A DNA stretch of 63,969 bases, filler included, from Octopus bimaculoides (taxonomy: Eukaryota): assembly GCF_001194135.2 (NCBI RefSeq). It is 4 parts of 4 records of this genome, joined end to end, with 100 filler letters (N's around TTAATTAATTAA, not from the genome) between each part and the next. Parts side by side here need not be neighbours in the genome. Positions count along the whole stretch, not along the records: positions 61,082 to 63,969 come from NC_068997.1; 3 more parts are not named here. The stretch is one strand, 5' to 3'. The notes under the pieces are model-generated. The model did no database searches. It was not told the DNA's origin and saw only the letters and a list, made by a program, of their open reading frames with translations. This document shows, in pieces, positions 62,841-63,969 of this stretch; the first letter of the stretch is position 1, and every line of letters starts with the position of its first letter. Position numbers and translations under genes: made by a program.

Positions 62841-63969
62841 AGAATTCACGAAAAAACAACAGACGAAGACAGGTGTGTTGAAAACAAATAGATGTATTAG
62901 TATAACACTCAGGAATTGAGAAAGTCTTTCACGTTTCGAGCCTACGCTCTTCTACAGAAAGAAACAAGGAGAGAAAAAAATGTGTGTAGTGTTCAGCGAT
63001 CTATCATGGCGAATGCCGGACAGAAGGGTCACACAGGTGAGTTAAGAAGGGGTGATAACCAAGTAGTAATGATCCCAAAACGAAGGTGCTTGTGTGTGAG
63101 GGAATGCTGGTCATCTTAATGTGTGCGTGTATGTAGGTGTCAAGGTGTGAAAATGTGGGGATGAGAATTGGTCAGTACTGGTGTGTGAGTGGTGGTGTGT
63201 TGTGATGTGATGTGTTGGGTGGTATGGTGTAGCGTGGTGTGGTGTGATGGTGTTGGGAAGTGGAGAAAGTACGGGTGGGGTGGCGTATGTGGGTAGGAAG
63301 AGGTTGGAGTAGGTGGGGTATGTGGGTAGGTAGAGTGTGGGGTATGTGGGAGAGGGTGTAGGGGATGGGATTGGAAGGTGGGGTGGGCTTATGAGGGAGA
63401 GTTGACGATGAATGGGGAAGGGGAAGGTGGGTATGAGAGAAAGAGAGTAGGGGTGAAGAGAAGTAGGAGGAAGGGGAGGAGAGTTGAGCACATGTGTGGC
63501 GCAAAGGAGCAAAGAGAAAAGATTAATCCCTGTTCATGGCGTAAACGGGAGTCCGGATGGCCCCTGTGCAAGGACAAACCAAACACGGACAGGTGTTGCA
63601 AAGAGTGACCGGTAGAGCGGAAATGGCATGACATCAGGGTGTCATGGCCTAGGTGGATGTCTCGGAGGTGTTCCATGAACCAGTTGGCCAAGCGGCGCCC
63701 TATTTGTCTGATGCACAGAGAATGGCAGAGAGAGCAGGAGATGCAATAGATGATATTGGTAGAAGTGCAGGTGAAGGAGTCGGTGATACGATAGGGTCGA
63801 TGATGGGTGCCGGTGAGGAGGGTGGTATCAGGGAGGTAAGGGCAAGTGTGGCAGCGTGGGCGGGAGCAGGGGAACGAGCCAGGTTGTGAGGTTGGGTTAG
63901 GGAAGAAACTGTGGACCAAAAGGTCTCGTAGGTTGTAGGCTCATTTGAAGGAGGGGAGGGGTCGGACTG
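62835..63969 (-). mobile_element. 3' end of Penelope-like retroelement: GIY-YIG endonuclease remnant, CA-rich spacer, pseudo-LTR, then (TA)n
   Basis: PCSRPRCHTC...FTCTSTNIIYCISCSLC..LCIRQIGRRLANWFMEHLRDI...CHF...HS...EQGLIFSL, typical of a PLE CCHH/GIY-YIG domain with point decay; runs off the window. Confidence 0.88.
62925..62962 (-). ncRNA. variant hammerhead-like motif in Penelope pseudo-LTR
   Basis: TCTTT-CTGTAGA-A-GAGC-GTAG-GCTC-GAAA-CGT-G-AAAGA; stem I intact, core and cleavage triplet non-canonical. Confidence 0.55.

Overview
Eukaryotic, AT-rich, repeat-dense genomic DNA with many N gaps. It is most likely from an octopus (coleoid cephalopod); this is inferred from the SINE/LINE repertoire, the (TA)n/(CA)n/(GATA)n density and the assembly style, not proven. 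No complete protein-coding gene, rRNA, genuine tRNA or CRISPR array is visible, and most ORF-track entries are translations of microsatellites or N gaps. Supportable content: RTE, RTE-BovB and CR1-type LINE remnants; the 3' end of a Penelope-like element (GIY-YIG endonuclease plus pseudo-LTR); four Tc1/mariner-type remnants; several tRNA-headed SINE families; MITE-like foldbacks; an interstitial (TTAGGG)n; and scattered candidate exons of unidentified host genes (low confidence). Most interesting signals: (1) a tRNA-Arg-like, Pol III-type SINE whose 3' tail carries a minimal type I hammerhead ribozyme of the Penelope type (one intact core at 38374-38419), plus a second hammerhead-like family tied to the Penelope pseudo-LTR; (2) a sharp change in CpG decay of the same SINE families at about 25 kb, next to a CpG-rich promoter-like island at about 28.2-28.5 kb, suggesting a methylated gene body on the left; (3) many long foldback structures. 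All coordinates were read by eye, and repeat boundaries are approximate unless a TSD or TIR is quoted.
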